The notes under the pieces were generated by a model that had not been told where the DNA came from, did not search any database, and worked only from the letters and a program-made list of their open reading frames with translations. A program made the position numbers and the translations under genes. A stretch of DNA of 63,454 nucleotides, filler included, from Octopus bimaculoides (taxonomy: Eukaryota), in the NCBI RefSeq assembly GCF_001194135.2. It is 8 parts of 8 records of this genome, joined end to end, with 100 filler letters (N's around TTAATTAATTAA, not from the genome) between each part and the next. Parts side by side here need not be neighbours in the genome. Positions count along the whole stretch, not along the records: positions 61,783 to 63,454 come from NC_069004.1; 7 more parts are not named here. One strand, written 5' to 3'. This document shows, in pieces, positions 62,691 to 63,454 of the stretch (position 1 is its first letter; each line of letters starts with the position of its first letter).

Positions 62691-62747
62691 CATACATACC
62701 TGCATTCATATGCATGCTTATAAATATTGATTTCAAATTCTTGGTAG

Positions 62748-62940
62748 AGCGACAACAATTTATGGGGAGAGGATAAGTTTAATACATTTACCTCACGCTT
62801 CATCTGGTACTTATTTTATCGACCCAGAATGTATGAAAAGCAACGTCGACCTTGGCGGAATGTGAACTCTGAGCGTAACGACAGACAAAATGCTGCAAAG
62901 CATTTCACCCGACGCGGTAATCTTTCTGCCAGTTCGCCGC
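62748..62940 (-). mobile_element. SINE family A
   Basis: Reverse complement of GCGGCGAACTGGCAGAAAG through GTACCAG and the tail. Confidence 0.8.
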
Positions 62941-63454
62941 CATATACATACCTCTAAACATTGGTATTATATACACACACACACTTATATATACAGCATA
63001 AAACATGCATTTGGTTTACACAGAAGGAGATGTATATATTTGTGTTTTGGGTTGTACGTTTTGAATTTTTAATGTTTTCACCATATTCCTGAAAATAGTG
63101 GGAATAATTTCATATTCAGTGAATCATTTATTATTCACTTAGTTAAGAAATATCATTCTGTCTGTAATGTGTATGCCGAAAATCAGGATGTATATATATA
63201 TATACACACACACACACAAACACATGCACAAATATTCATATATAGTAATAAACATACATTCTGAGATACATTAGTATATATTAACGTGCATGCAGGTATA
63301 TAAAGAGACAATTGAAAAACGCACGCGCGTAGAAATGCATGCATCTAATGTATCTATGTTAATAGGTAGATAGACAAATTGTTTGATTGATTGATGCGGA
63401 AATTGAAAGAGATATAAATATAATAAATAGAAAAAGAATATATATATATATATA

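Overview
This is AT-rich, microsatellite-dense animal genomic DNA, almost certainly octopus. That assignment is an inference from the tRNA-derived SINE families and repeat landscape, with no database check. The window is not contiguous: seven identical 100-bp spacers (N44-TTAATTAATTAA-N44) join eight separate scaffolds, and many other N gaps occur. No host protein-coding gene could be supported. Retroelement remnants include a Tx1/L1-clade LINE, an RTE RT fragment, a Naiad-type Penelope-like element (RT plus GIY-YIG), two HERO/NeSL-like pieces and a Gypsy-like solo LTR with a 4-bp TSD. DNA-element remnants include a decayed Helitron helicase, a complete 879-bp non-autonomous Helitron, a Tc1 (IR/DR) copy, mariner fragments, head-to-head mariner MITEs and several other MITEs. 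There are also more than 25 SINE copies of three families and two tRNA-Ile(AAT) loci (one intact, one decayed). The most interesting signal is a set of minimal type-I hammerhead ribozyme motifs of the Penelope type. One is fully intact (51399-51436, +), one of opposite polarity lies about 215 bp away and is cut by a gap, and three degenerate relatives occur elsewhere. Coordinates of decayed elements are approximate (tens of bp); all alignments were by eye.
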